64,000 nt of DNA from Xylographa opegraphella. Its lineage: Eukaryota. Within the stretch, counting starts at the first letter, position 1; every line of letters starts with the position of its first letter. Below, piece after piece: positions 32,075 to 46,200 of the stretch. A program made the translations under genes and the position numbers. The stretch covers positions 62,001 through 126,000 of the forward strand of contig JALDZX010000018.1 in NCBI GenBank assembly GCA_022813865.1, read 5' to 3'. Below the pieces are notes generated by a model that saw nothing but the letters and a program-made list of their open reading frames with translations, had not been told where the DNA came from and did not search any database.

Positions 32075-35000
32075 ATGAGCTATGTCGACGTCGAACAGAG
32101 ACCGGCCAAGAAGAGGCGCTTCTTTGTCGACGACCCCCCAACACCGGAACCAGCGCCACCCGCAACAGAATCTCCTTCATTGGGTGCAATCGCGTCACTT
32201 CAGACGTCGCCGCTGACATACACGAGAGCAACGTCTACAGATGAGGTTCGTTTGTCCTCGAGTCAGACCGAGTCTAGCACGCATGACCCTCTTGTGAAGT
32301 GCTCCAGTATACATGGTGGCGATGGGTTCGATAAAGAGCTTTTGGAAAGCTTCATTGGGCAAACGGTCTCCGATGAGGTGGCTCAGGGGCTTTGGAGGGA
32401 AGCTGGAGGTGATATAGAGCGGGCACTCAACATGTATCTTGATGGGTCATGGCAGAAAAATACTTCCGCCAGGACGCCTCCAACTACAGTGTTGCAGTCG
32501 CCTCATAGCTCCCAGGTCAAGAGCGATCATGAGCCTGTACATCAGACTATGTCCTCTCCTTCATCATTACCTGCAGATATATCAGCGCCTCTTCCATTGT
32601 TACAGCGGACGCCAGAATTTAGGTATATCGGAGCTTTTGGAGTCGCTGCGTGGGCGACAAGAAGTGGATCCAATATGATCGCTCACGGCGAAGAGTGTCG
32701 CATTGAACGAACAAAGGCAAAGCCGAAGACGAAAATAGGCAGAGGTGGAAAAGTTGTACAGGTAGCGCGGATGAACAATTCAAAACGACCAGCCGATGTT
32801 ATTGTACGATTTACAAAGATGAATGGCGAGGAGATTGGGAGACTTCCAAAGGAAACGGCCACATGGGTATCAGCGCTGCTTGACCAAAAAGTTTGTGAAT
32901 TTCGTGGTATTTGCGTATTCGCGCCTGATAGACTTCGCGTCAATGATACGATATATCTCCAATTGAAGTGCTATCTGATCTGGAGTACATTTGACGCTAC
33001 CGGACTCATTAAGCCGAAAGACACGAACCGTACTACGGGTATTTTTGAGGAGAAAGAAACGTCGGAGGAGCAGGCACTACGAATGCGACAAATCGCTCTT
33101 GTGAAGCTTTTCGACGAGATAAATCTGCACCCTTCCACTCTCAATGAAACCACAGAGAAGCACAAGCGTAAAGGCTTGCTACAAGCGGCTGAAGTTGCAG
33201 AGAAGTATGACAAGACCGATGATAGCAAGAAGGCCAAACCGATAGAGGACGGTACCTCGACCCCTTCAACCGAGGAAGAAGCAGAAGATGGCCAAGAGTT
33301 GGAGCAGGATCAACTAGATAGTCTATATAAGAAAGCTCAGTCATTCGATTTCAACACTCCTACGCGTGAGCCTGCAGATACCTTTGTCATGGATTTGAGG
33401 AAATATCAGAAGCAGGCGTTATACTGGATGATGAAAAAGGAGAAGGACGAGAAAGCTGATGAAAAAGAACTATCGATGCATCCTTTATGGGAGGAGTATA
33501 CATGGCCTACCAAGGATGTCGACGATGAAGATCTACCTAGGGTCGTAAACCAGGAGAGTTTCTATGTCAATCCATATTCTGGTGAACTTTCTTTGGAGTT
33601 TCCTGTGCAGGAACAGCATTGTTTGGGGGGGATTCTAGCAGATGGTAATTTCGATATCACGGCTCGTAGTTTGTGCTAACAGAAATAGAAATGGGTCTTG
33701 GGAAGACCATTGAGATGCTCAGCCTCATGCACTCTCATAGATCGGAGATTTCACTCCAAGCGTCAGAAACAGGTCCGGTCTCGGTGAACAGTCTTCCCAG
33801 ACTCCCGAAAAATTCTTCCTCGGTCGAGCCGGCACCCTGTACAACCCTAGTAGTAGCACCTATGTCTCTATTAGCTCAATGGGAAAGCGAAGCTGCCAAA
33901 GCCTCCAAGCCGGGAACAATGAAGACATTAGTGTATTATGGATCAGAGAAAGCAGCCAATCTACAGAGTCTTTGCTGCGAGGCCAATGCTGCTTCTGCTC
34001 CACACCTTATCGTCACTAGCTATGGTGTCATACTCTCGGAGTTCAATCAGGTGGCAAGCCGTGGCGGCGATCGTGGCTCTCATGGTGGTTTATTCTCTCT
34101 TGACTTCTTCCGCGTAATCTTGGACGAGGCCCACTTCATCAAGAATCGTCAATCGAAAACAGCCAAAGCCTGCTACGAATTAAGCGCACAGCACCGATGG
34201 GTACTGACAGGAACGCCAATTGTCAATCGTCTTGAGGATCTCTTTAGTCTGGTCCGTTTCTTACGTGTTGAACCATGGTCCAACTTTTCCTTCTGGAAAA
34301 CCTTCATTACGGTGCCCTTCGAATCCAAGGACTTCCTTCGAGCACTTGATGTTGTCCAGACTGTACTCGAACCATTAGTTCTGCGTCGTACGAAAGACAT
34401 GAAGACTCCTGACGGCGAAGCACTTGTGCCACTTCCTCCACGCACGATCGATATCGAGGAGATCGAGCTTTCCAAAGCCGAAAAGGAAGTTTATGACTAC
34501 ATCTACAATAGAGCCAAACGCACCTTCGCAGCCACAATGGAGGCAGGTACCGTCTTGAAATCATATACTACGATATTCGCTCAAATCCTACGCCTCCGCC
34601 AATCATGTTGTCACCCGGTCCTTACTCGCAACAAAGTCATCGCTGCCGAGGAAGAAGAAGCCGCTGCCGCCTCTGACATTGCTAACGGCCTCGCTGACGA
34701 CATGGACCTACAATCGCTTATCGAGCGCTTCACAGCCTCCGAAGGAGACCAAGACGCCAATAAATTTGGCGCTCACGTCATGCAGCAGATCCAGGCCGAA
34801 GCCGGCATTGAATGCCCTATTTGCGCCGAAGAGCCCATGATCGATCCCGCCGTCACTGGCTGCTGGCACAGCGCGTGCAAGAAATGTCTTCTCGACTACA
34901 TCGAGCACCAAAAAGACAAGCACGAGCTACCGCGTTGCTTCAACTGCCGTGAGCCCATCAACCAGCGCGATGTCTTCGAAGTCATCCGCCACGTCGATGA

Positions 35001-35688
35001 CCAGGATCTGTACTCCGCAACGCCGCCGGGCCAAGGCCCTTCCGAAAAGAGAGTCACCCTCCGCCGCGTGTGCGCCGACGGCTCCGCCAAAATCGTAGCC
35101 CTGCTCGCCCATCTTACCCAGCTGCGCCGCGACGAGCCCAGCACCAAGTCCGTCGTGTTCAGCCAGTTCACCTCCTTCCTCGACCTGATCGCGCCCGCCC
35201 TCGGCCGGGCGAACATCCCCTTCCTGCGCTTCGACGGCGCCATGTCGCAGAAAGCGCGGGCGGCCGTGCTCGCCGACTTCGCGGACCCGGGCGCCGCAAA
35301 GAGCAGACGCGGCTGCGTGCTGCTGCTGAGTTTGCGGGCCGGAGGCGTGGGCCTGAACTTGACGATGGCACGCAGGGTGTTCATGATGGATCCGTGGTGG
35401 AGCTTTGCGGTGGAGGCGCAGGCCATCGATCGGGTGCATCGGATGGGGCAGGAGGGCGAGGTGCGGGTCGTGAGGTTCGTCGTCGCGGGGAGTATTGAGG
35501 GGCGGATGTTGCGGATCCAGGAGCGGAAGAAGTTCATGTGAGTTTTTTTAAATTTTATTTTTCTGCCTTTGATGGTGACGTGGCGGAGGGGTGCTGACCG
35601 GTGGTGCAGTGCGAGTTCGTTGGGCATGGTGAGTGAGGAGGAGAGGAAGATGCAGCGTATTGAGGATATCAAGGAGCTGTTGAGTTGA
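32075..35688 (+). CDS. RAD5: Rad5 DNA-repair SNF2 helicase / RING E3 ligase with HIRAN domain; introns 33645-33688 and 35538-35609
   Basis: HIRAN region (IVRFT..GEEIGRLP), GGILAD|EMGLGKT, ILDEAH, LTGTPIVN, RING CPIC...CWHSACKKC...CFNC, QAIDRVHRMGQ. Confidence 0.96.
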
Positions 35689-36114
35689 GTTCAATATGGG
35701 GAAGGGGTGATTGTGCGTTTGGGGTTCATGGACATTGTTTTTGCCTCGTTTACGGTGATCCAGCACTCCGAGTCCGTATGAGTTGAGCACTCGCATTTTC
35801 TTGGTGCATGGATTGCATAGCGTACCTTAGCTTGGCGCCTTGCTGCATGCGGTCTTTTGAGGTTCTGCCAAATGAGGATTTTGTACATACAGTGCACGCA
35901 GGATCGCCCTTGGATGAATCGCTGAACTGAAGTTCGTGATATAGTGTACATGTCTTTTCATAGTCCATGACTTCAAAGGCCTCCGCCCACCCCATATTTC
36001 ATAGTGAATCATCAAGCACACGCTCAATACCCAAGAGAAACCAAGACATCCACTATATGCTGACACGGACCAGAACTTCAGGGGTATTATGCACCGCATC
36101 ACTCAACCCCCAAC

Positions 36115-38200
36115 CTATGTCGACTTCTCCTTCTCGATGCGCGCTTTCCGCGACATCATGATGCCGCGCCGCTGCTTCGTTTTCCGCAGCCAGCGTTGGA
36201 CGGGATCCCTCCTAGTGGGGTCATCAGTACGCGTCCAGCTATGAAAGAGTGGTAGATGGAAGGATTTACATAAGCCATATGAGGACGACACAGACGAGGG
36301 GGATGGCGATTTCCCAGAAAAAGCTAGGATGCCGTTAGTGATGGAGACAAGGTAGTGAGGGGGTTATTGGACAGCTTACACATCACTGTTGTTGTGGACG
36401 CCGTCGAAATAGGCAAAGTTCATACCAAAATAGCCCTGGCGGTTATGTAAGTCGATGCTTTCAACAGTAACAGTGATAGTAATACGGAAAAGTTTCGTCA
36501 TGTCTTAGCACTTACCGTCAAAAAGGACATGGGGAGAAAGAGGATGGTTACGAGTGTAAGCTGTTTCATGCTTTCGTTTTGATAGGCCCCTGTGAAGGTG
36601 TCAGTACAGAAATCGTAATGATTCTGCAAGCACTTTTTACCAATGGTGTTGAATATCAAGTCAATCATATTATCTGCCGCTCTTCTCATCTGGTCTACGT
36701 TTTCGACGATAAGGGTGCAGTGGTCCTCGACGTCTGCCAGGTACGTCCTGGTGAGGATGCTTATCCTGACGTCTGAAGCGCTCAGCTTCCCCATTTTGCC
36801 ATCCATGTCGTGCTTAGGTGCCACGGGCTCGCTTTTGTGGTCTCTGAGAGCATTGACGAGGTTGATGATAGGGAAGATGTTGGACCGGAACTGAGAGACT
36901 TCACTGGTTAAGATATAAAGAGGTCTCGTATTTCCGATCGAAGGTTCTTGTGAGTCGAGAATGTTTAGCATTACTCTGCGGTAGCCTATAGAAGAAGTAC
37001 CATACCTGTCAGGACGTTGAGCTCCAGCTCATCGACAGCATCTTGGTACGCAGTCGCTACCGGAATGGCGAGATCAATAATGGCATCAATGATAGCCTGC
37101 ACGATCATACTGGCGTCACTAGATCTGCGAAGTACTGTTTCAGGGCTGCTCAAACGACCAATGATTGGAGTTTCAATGTCGTCGGCAGACTGCTCGAAGA
37201 ATGAGACCACCGTGTTGTCAGAACTTAAAAATATGGATACTTGCTCGACGGCGACAGCTAAAGATTTGTTGGCTAATGCTGAGTATTTCTCCATGAACTC
37301 TGTGCGCTCTTTATTCGGTCCTCCATGATACTGTTGCAGGGTTCGGATACGACCGCTCAACTCGGATAACCCTGAGGCTCCAGTATCATTTCGCTTTATT
37401 GGATCGCATGAAGCTTTCCGATTAGTCTCCCCATACGATGGTTCCCGTGATTTATTGTGCTTCCCATAGCCCAGCATCTTGCGTACGTTGTAGATCATGC
37501 CCCTTTTCTCTCTCTTGCCCTCATGGCCCGGTGGGGTTTCGTCTTCAGAGTCGGAACACTCGTTAGTAGGCAGATGTGTATGAACAAGCTTCTGAAGTGG
37601 TAGAACGACTACGTTCTGTCAGTCGTGATAAGATGGGTCACGGTGCCATAACCCACTATAGGTATGATCTGTGTACCAGTCGGCCTTGGTCCGGTTCTTC
37701 CTATTTATCATATCTTCAATCGCCAGCCGGTGCAGTCCCTTCGCCTTCCCAATGACGGATATCACATCCCAGCTGATGCCATTGACATTAATCCATCTGC
37801 AGACCACGCTTTCGTCTTTGGGGTTTCCCAGATATCCTTCTAAAGTTGTATTGTCCAAGTATATCATCTTCATATCAGTCTGCGAGAACTCAACCACTGT
37901 GATTTCGCAATTTGCCTCCAAGGCAATCTGAGCAGCATTTGGGTGGTAAGGATCGATCCCTGGTTCTTGACCCGGTGTCCATTGTCGGCCCCTCGTGTCG
38001 GGTTGATACGCGTTTGCAGTCCGCGAGCGCTTGGTTGGCCGCAATGTGAGTTCCTTCGACGAACGATCTCCACTGGCCTTGTGCGCCGGAGCTGGCGCCT
38101 TCGGTTTTTGAGCTTCGAGGTCCTGAGTGTCTCCAGTGTCGGGAGTCGGGGTCTCCATGTGCCGCAAAGCAACCCTTTGCTTGCCAAAGCGCCTAGGCAT
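36115..38200 (-). CDS. CorA-family Mg2+/divalent cation transporter; introns 37609-37656, 36947-37005, 36590-36640, 36436-36515, 36324-36379, 36212-36269
   Basis: WINVNGISWD, LHRLAIED, EQVSIFL, YQNESMKQLTLVTILFLPMSFLT|GYFGMNF (GMN signature), followed by a second TM segment. Confidence 0.92.
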
Positions 38201-38775
38201 CTTTCAGATGTAGTGCATTCAGTAGAATCACCCTATTACAAGTATGAAAATCGTCCGTAAGCTGCATTATTGGACTGAAGTCCGAATGAGCATCCAGTAA
38301 AACTTTGTAGAGCTATAGGTACTGTACTGTAGCCTTAAACGAGTCTGCTGTAGCAATCGAATTTCGACCTTTGCGCTTAGGGCTCCAGGAATTACATTGG
38401 TATTAATCGAAGGCAGATGACGATCCAGCATGATTCCGGAAACCGGTATTACCTTACTGACCACGAGGTGAGATGGTCCTCCATACACCAACCAAGTCGA
38501 AAGGAAAAGTATCCCCAATCGATCATCATTTCCGCACGCACGACTGGTACGATTCTAAGCAAAATGGAATATTCTGTCTGGCATGACTAGACTCTGCAAG
38601 GCTGTGTCAATGCGGTTCTATCTTAAGTCCAGCAATCGAACATAGTATTTCTATAGGCGTAGGTAAGAACAACGTAAATCTTACGATTAGTCCGAAAACG
38701 CAACTATAGACGATACAGAAAAGTGTACAAAAACGGGTATCAAGTTATGTCGTGAGTCTTTCCCTTAGCACCTCT

Positions 38776-41700
38776 TTACCGTGACCGTCCTCTTCTGCCT
38801 ACATCCTCACTCCACTGAACTCGTCCCTGACTCACAGCGGGCGAATCGGCGAATCTGATTCGCGATGGCACATTTGGCTCTGCCACAGGCTGATGACCGC
38901 CCTTAGGCTTCCGTTCTTCACCGTCGTCTTCACTATCACTGTCTTTCGCCTGATCTCCGTCCTCACCTAATGCGGCCAGTCGACGACGACGCTCAGCATT
39001 TGTCTCACCTCCAGCAGCCATTGAGGATTCTTGTTGATGGGAGGTGGTATTCACCGAGCTCGCGCTATTTATACTGCTCAGAGGAAAGCTCTTGGTACCA
39101 TCGTCGCCAGATTCTTTGCGCGATGCGAGACGTCGACGGCGCGAGGCAGCAGTTTCGGGCTGTCCCGAGGAATACTTCGAAACCGCATCAGAAACAGTGT
39201 GGAAGGGAATATCTTGACCATTGGAATCAACCAAAGTGAGACCATTATCGCCCTTTGGGCGGTCTTCGTGAGAAGCTACCTTTTCTACTGCTGCAATAGG
39301 CTCTCTATCTTGGTCATTTTCTGGTACGACGGGGAATTGATATGATGTGGAGTCTTCAGGGGGCGGTGGCCGCCGCCGCACATCTGGTGTTTCCTTCTTG
39401 GTCGTTTGACTACGCTCCGCAGCATGGCGACGAGCATCCTCCTTGACACCTTCCGGAACATCACTTTCCTCCACAACCTTGGCACGAGCCTTAGGATCCA
39501 GGGATTGTATTTGCTTGATGAAATCGTTCTTGCTCATGCGTCGGCCTCCTGAAGTGATCGTGAAGCGAAGACGATCGTCATCATCATCAACAATCGCTGA
39601 CTTGCCAGGCTTACTTCCTCGACCGATTCTCGCATGCTCTTCAGGTCCGGGTGTTTCAGCAGCACCGTTTGCGGATTCCCTACCATGCATATGAGCCCAG
39701 GTGCCCATTCGCTGAAGCCGGCTGCGGACGGAGCCTCCTTCAGGAGCACTACTGTCCTTGTCCTCCTGTCGCCTTTTCTTCTCGGGTACAGGTATGTCAT
39801 ATTTCTTGACAACCTCTCCATCTTCATCTTCGACGATAATAGTATTTCCATATTGGTAAGCGTCTGGTTGACGAGTGTTAGTTCGGTACCACAGAAGAAG
39901 ACCTGTAGGGCTACTTACGGGCCGGACCACGGTGATGCTCTTGTTTGGCTTTTACTTCTGAAGGCCCACTGTGATCGACGTTGCGTCGAGCATTCCAATT
40001 CCCCATACGCTTTCTCAACCTATTATACGCTTCATGAGGATGTTCGAGACCGGCAGCAAGCGCATGCTCGATATCTTCGCCCTCATTCTTAGCATGAGAC
40101 TGATGCTTTCCCTTGGCGTGCTCCCCAGAGGTCTCAGCTCGCAGTTTATCACGTTCGTAAATAACATGTTCCCTCTTTTCCTCCGGGGATTCTCCACGCG
40201 TGTCAGTCTCGCTTAGAACGTTGCCTTCCTCGTCTTCGATTATCTGATTGTGGCCCTCGTCAAAGACCTCGACCTCCGATTCCTCATGGGAAGCTCTTCT
40301 CCCATCTTCTTTACGTTTATCAGCCGTTTCTTGCATCTCCAGTCCATCTTGCGCATCATCCTCGTCTTCAGTGTATGGTGAATTATCTTGGCGACTGTCG
40401 GTTTGAGGAAGGGACTCTCGTCGTCTTCGAGGCATGATCGCAGACTGACTGATAGGCCCCCCAGGACCAAGGCCAGAATCCCATTTCTTCCGCCTTATTG
40501 GCGGCCTAAGACTCGAGGCGCGACTATTGACATTACTTGGATTGTCTTCCTCTCTCTGTCTGCGAAGAAAGTTACCGGGAAACCCGACTGGAGGTAGAGT
40601 GCCTGGAGGAAATTCCGGCAATTTTTCATTTGAAGAGTCCGTACTCTCGTAGTCGGCCTTACTCTTCGACATCGAATTTTTGGATACTGAGGATATTCTT
40701 GGCAGCCTATTCATCCAGGATGGCCCGTCTTCGTTAGCCTGCGTATAAGACATCGTAAGTGTAAGCGTATTGATATGCTTGCCTAACGTGAATACAGCGA
40801 CGGAAGAACCATGAACCAAAATCGAAGAAATCACCAAGAATGTGGTGATAGGCCATATTACTTGGATGAGAACATAATGATCGCTTCCAGGTCCCGGCAG
40901 GGTCTGTAGAGGTTCTGTTGAATCGGTTTCAAGCTCTGCTCTCGCCAATATGGCAGCGAATATAGCGCCGACACCAATCGGACCAAAATGTCCGGCGAAA
41001 AGAGCTTCTCTCCAATTTTTGATATCGGGTACCAACGGTTTGAGTGCCAGCATTATAGGAATCCGACGGAAGAAAATAACCATGAGAGCAATCACTACAA
41101 GTCTCCAAGGTGTCAGGCCAAGGTCGGGCGCATTATATTGTTGCCACGGAATGATGGAGCCGAGAAAGACAAAATATGCCAGATTAAGCAAAAGATCGAT
41201 GACGTTCGAAACGTGCGACTCCTCCGTCTTCTGAGTAAACCAGCCGTCATTGGAAAAGCCGACTCCAGCAGAAAATCCAACAAGAAGATCGTCGATCCCA
41301 AGTAGACTTCCAGAACCAGCACAAAACAGAGCCAGCACAAAATAGAATACCAAAAAGCTTTCCCTATCAATAAGTCCCCTTCTATCTGCCCATTTGATAG
41401 CATGGCGACCAATATAGCCAATTAAGAACCCGTAAACAGCACCGAATATACATTCGTAAAGTACCACGAAGCATATCCAATGATATGCCACTTGATTCGC
41501 ATCAGGTCTATAACGAATCAGGTAGAGAGACAGGTATATGAACGGGAAAGCCATGCCATCATTGCATCCGGATTCAGCTGAGAGGAGGTCTCGAAGATGC
41601 TTGGGCACCCGTTTCGCAAATTTCCCTTTTCCTACCACAGATGATGCCAAAACAGGATCCGTCGCAGTCACGCATGCAGCACATGCTAAGGCCTCAAGCC

Positions 41701-42088
41701 AGCTCAGTGGCGTTACCATCCACCAGATGAATAGACTTGTCATCAGCCACCCGAAAGTCATGACAGGTACGAGCAGAAAGGTTACCGATCTCCAGTGCCG
41801 TTCCATGTACGCTTTGGGTAACTCTACCCCCACGGCAAAACATTGTACAACCAGAACAATTCTGGAGCACTCCAGGGCAATCTTGTCGGTGTTACCCCAC
41901 GTTAGCGGGTTGAAGAGATTTGCAGCATGGGGCCCGAAGATGACCCCACAGAGCGTAGCAACAGTCGCTTCGCCAATATAGAGACGTTCTTTTACGAACA
42001 AGGAGCACAACATGAAGAGGCTAGTGAAACCTCCGATGATCAGGTAGGCCAGATGCGGCTTATCAATCGACAGTTGATCCCACGCCAT
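38776..42088 (-). CDS. NHA1: Plasma-membrane Na+(K+)/H+ antiporter Nha1/Cnh1; intron 39864-39918
   Basis: MAWDQLSIDKPHLAY, SLFVKERLYIGEA, ATDPVLASSVVG, SAESGCNDGMAFPF, FAGHFGPIGVGAIF; long hydrophilic tail with AYQYGNTIIVEDEDGEV. Confidence 0.95.
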
Positions 42089-43236
42089 GGTGTATGGGAA
42101 ATCCGGGGTTTCTGGAGGGGTGTTTGGGAGACGAGAACTTCCTCTTCCACAATGTGTAGCCCGAATATTGTTCCCAATGTGCAACACTTTCGCGTGTGGG
42201 ATTTTATCTGATCTCAACGTTCAATGCCCCAGTCAGTAGTCTCTGGCGCCGATACCTCGTGAGACGGTCGTAGAAGCATGTATGATCTGGTCGCGCCCAG
42301 TCGCCGCACCGAACCGTAGGGGATATTTTGTACGTGGAATGAGCGTCGAAGGGAATGCAGTAGACACGTCGTGAACTCTCAACCAGTGACTGTCGTGGTC
42401 CTAATCCCAAATAGAAACCTGCGCAGAACACGCGAATAAAAATGACAGTGTTCCTGGGAGGGAAAGCGAGGGACGTTGTTGAGGAGAGAGGGGATTGCGA
42501 ATCCGGCCGCCAAGAAGGCGAAAAGTCTCTACTGGCTCACGGTTTTGCTTGGCTCCATCGTCATGATCGTGATTCGCATGTGCTGTAGCTGGAATTCATG
42601 TCAGTTGGTGATACGCTACGCATTCCATGATGAAGCGTACCGAGAACAATGCACTTGGGAGGGAGACCCGACAAGACGTCTGTTTCTGGCCGTTGTAATA
42701 AAATTATTTTCTACAAAGGTACTCTACCTTTTAGGTATTGTCGACATCATTAGGAACTAGGTACGTAATATTCAACGGCAGTTGTATCCATGTAATAGCT
42801 AGGCCACTTTTGGATAAGCGCTTCTGTAAGGAATCGACCCAGCAATCCAAGCGAAAGAGAATCCCTGCTCACGGGCCATCACTCAGCCGTCCTGCATGAT
42901 GCTACTCTGTAGGTAGTAAGTTGGGTACCTCAGGTATGCTGACGACGTTGAATAGCAAGGTGCTAGCAGCCAGGGAGTAAGGTACTGTTGAGAGATGCGT
43001 TCTCTGCCCCAGTTCTCTGTTTCTTCTGCGTCTCTCGTCGACGTTCAAGGCCGCTTTTGGAGGGACAATAGATGTCTTGGATCCCACCTCAGCTTCTTCC
43101 ATTTGTTGTTGAACGTCTATGGCTGGTTTGAGGCACGTTGTTTTCTTTTCAAAAGGGGGGCGGCGACCTTGATGCGTGTTGTCATACTAATCCCGATGTT
43201 TCCTGTAGGTTGGAGAGGCAGGCCTCATCTGTTGAA

Positions 43237-46200
43237 ATGGCAGAGTCCTCCGCCAGCAGGACGGATTTGGATTCCCAAATCAATGGGGAAGCGTCCTCAG
43301 CGAAATCGCCAACAACGGAACAGGACTCCGCTACGGTAGCCCGTCCATCTATTGCTCAGCGGATATGGAAGAAGCTCGGGCTGAGTGGTCATATGTTGAT
43401 GACCATGCTTAAGTATGGCGAATGTATCATTGCAACAGTCGGACGGCTGACGCTGGGATTAGGGGCGCTTGTCCTCCTGTCATTTCCTTAGCATTGTAGG
43501 TAGTATTGGGTCAATAGTTGCTGTCATGCTCAGATGAGGGTCTAGGTATCAGGCCAACGCTTTTGCTGACACCTTTTCAACCCTGGGGTACCTAGTCGGT
43601 ATCATGTCTGTACTCTCATTCTCCATTCTCCCACGGTCCAAGTTCTTTCAGACAATGATGTTCAACGTCATCGGTCTTTGCATTGGAGCCGCCGTCGCAC
43701 TCTTGACCATTTACTGCGCTGTTCAGGCTCGAATACATACAACTCCAGTGCCTTCAGTGACTTCAAGTGGACCAGCGCCAGGTGCCCCAACGTCCTCGTA
43801 TAACTCCAGTGCGAGTGCCGTATGTGCCATATGGCTGTTTGTGAATATCTTCGCAGCGAACTCATTACGTTTTTCACGACCTCAGCTTCAGTTCCCGGTG
43901 ATTATCTACTCCATCTTCGCGAACGTATCGTCTACCTACGCTCCTCAATTTGCCACAATGGAACAGGGTATCGCGTTTGTCAAGAGGCTTCTGGAAGCAT
44001 TCTTGGCAGGTTTCGCAATTGCCTCGCTCGTAAACTTGATTGTATTTCCGCAAAGCTCTCGTGATGTTGTTTTCAGAGAAGCCGGTGAATATATAGCAGC
44101 GGTTCAGAACGTCCTTAAAGCTCAAAATGTATATCTTCGAAGCCTTGAGAGAAAGGAAATGTTTCACCCGTTACCAAAAGATAAAAATAAAGCAGTACCC
44201 GAGGAAGTATCCGCAGCCAAAGCATTTAAAGACGCGTTGGCAGGATTGACGGCTCTGCATGGAAAGTTGCAAGGGGATCTCACTTTCGCCAAAAGAGAAG
44301 TTGCATACTCTCATCTTGGCCCGAAAGATATTGATGAGCTCTTTAAGAAGTTTCGGGAGATCATACTTCCTCTTATTGGAATGGGCTCCGTTGTGGACAT
44401 ATTCAACCGAATTGCAGAGAACCGAGAGTGGAAAGTAGAAGAAAGCTCGGAAGTCATGGAAGCTTCTAACGGGACTGACGAGAAAATGGAAGCGCATGAG
44501 AGAAAGGAGAACGAGCGGATCCAATGGAACGAGGTGATGAAGACGCTACATGAGCCGTTTGAACTCATGTCTGTTGCAATGATAAATGGCCTAAACCATA
44601 CTTCCTATGCCTTAGGATTTTCAAAGCCTTCTAAGGCCAAATATTCAAATGATCTAGAAGCTAATGAAGGAGAAGCACGGCCTGGAGATGAAAAATACGG
44701 AGAATATCTATCGAACAAGGTCAAGTTATTCTACGAGCAGAGAGAAGTCACCCTACAGACTTGGTGCAAACAGAGGGGCATCAAGCCGCATCATATTACT
44801 GGTAGTATTGATGGTGATGCCGTTCTAGCTAACCCTGCTGGCGATCACAGAAACCAGCGGCAGCTTTACTTGATCCTCTATGCAAGTACAACCGATCACT
44901 TTCCGCCGATCTGCTAACTTTCTTCACAGATGGATTTTCTACTTTGGTCCACTGGCAAAGCTGTACTTGACCTTGTCCGATTTGCAGATGCCAAAGTCGC
45001 CGCTGGTGTGATGCGGAAACGAAAACTCGTCCTACCAGGAAAGAGAAGACTAAGAAAGTGGATTATGACTTCGCTTAGTCCACACGAAGGCTCCAATGAT
45101 CTGGCTCCAGACAATGCCGAAGCCGGCATTGCGAACGTATCTCTTGGAGCTTCGTTCCAGAAACGGAAGAATCCAGAGCACCTCCCACCAACGAGTAAGC
45201 CTTTGCGAAACCTTCAGGGTTGTATCTGCTAATATTCGCCTCAGACGCTTGGCAACGATTTGGTAATAAAATACGTTCTATATTTCATGTTATGGCCAGT
45301 CCAGAAGTGAGCTTCGGCTTTCGCGTTGCTTGTGGTACATTGAGCATAGGAATCGTAGCATTTTTGGAATCGTCCCAGCAGTTTTTCAACGAGCAGAGAC
45401 TTGTCTGGTATGAGTTTTGACTGCTCTAATGACCACACCTGAAAGCTTACAACTGACCAGGGCTATGATCATGGTGGCGATTGGGTACGAGAATTTATCT
45501 TGAATTCTAGTCTGTCACTAACCAAATTAGTATGACTATGACTGCCGGATCAGGAGTATTTGGATTCATTGGTAGAGTCGTAAGTAAAGAGCTATGAGTC
45601 CCAATGGCGACTCAAGTCGCTAATTTTGACAAGGCTGGCACATTAATCGCCGCTTGTAACTCTTTGATTATCTGGTATCTCGCAGGAGGCACCGGCGTTC
45701 CGGCAGGAGTCTTAGTCCTGCTTTACTTTTTCATTTTTATCGAGTTGTATTTCCTGATATCGTATCCAAAATATACCGTGGTTGCTATGATTTCTATGGT
45801 TACGCAGTGAGTACATCCTCGCCAAGACCGACTCCCAGACTTACAGTGTGGAGGGTCCTGATTCTTGGGTACGAACTCCAAGTCGAAAAGGCTGGTATTG
45901 CAGCGGCGGAGACTACAGGCCAGATTTACTATCCTCTGTATTTACTTGCACCGTAGGTTTACCACTGCCACACTCTACGAATGAATCACTGGCTAACATC
46001 CACAGCTACCGATTAGCAACTGTGGCTGGTGGCTGCGCTGTTGCTTTTTTCTGGACGTTCTTCCCATATCCGATTACAGCAAGCAGTACACTTCGTAAAC
46101 AGCTGGGAGAGTCACTGTACTTACTCGCGAACTTCTACAGTTGTGTTCATACAAACATACGAATGCGAGTTGAGGGCGTCGGAGGAAGTCTTGAGGATAA

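Noticed and set aside
33680..33688. Tandem acceptors CAG/TAG 6 nt apart in RAD5 intron 1
   Set aside because: The first AG abuts the branch point and would insert residues into the Walker A region; the second gives the conserved ADEMGLGKT.
34896..35672. 258-aa antisense ORF over the RAD5 3' end
   Set aside because: Shadow ORF of a GC-rich coding strand.
42089..42217. N-terminal extension of Nha1 shown in the ORF track (similar extensions for IDCase, MRPL35 and Caps_synth)
   Set aside because: These extensions are not needed; the conserved-looking N-termini begin at downstream ATGs in good context.
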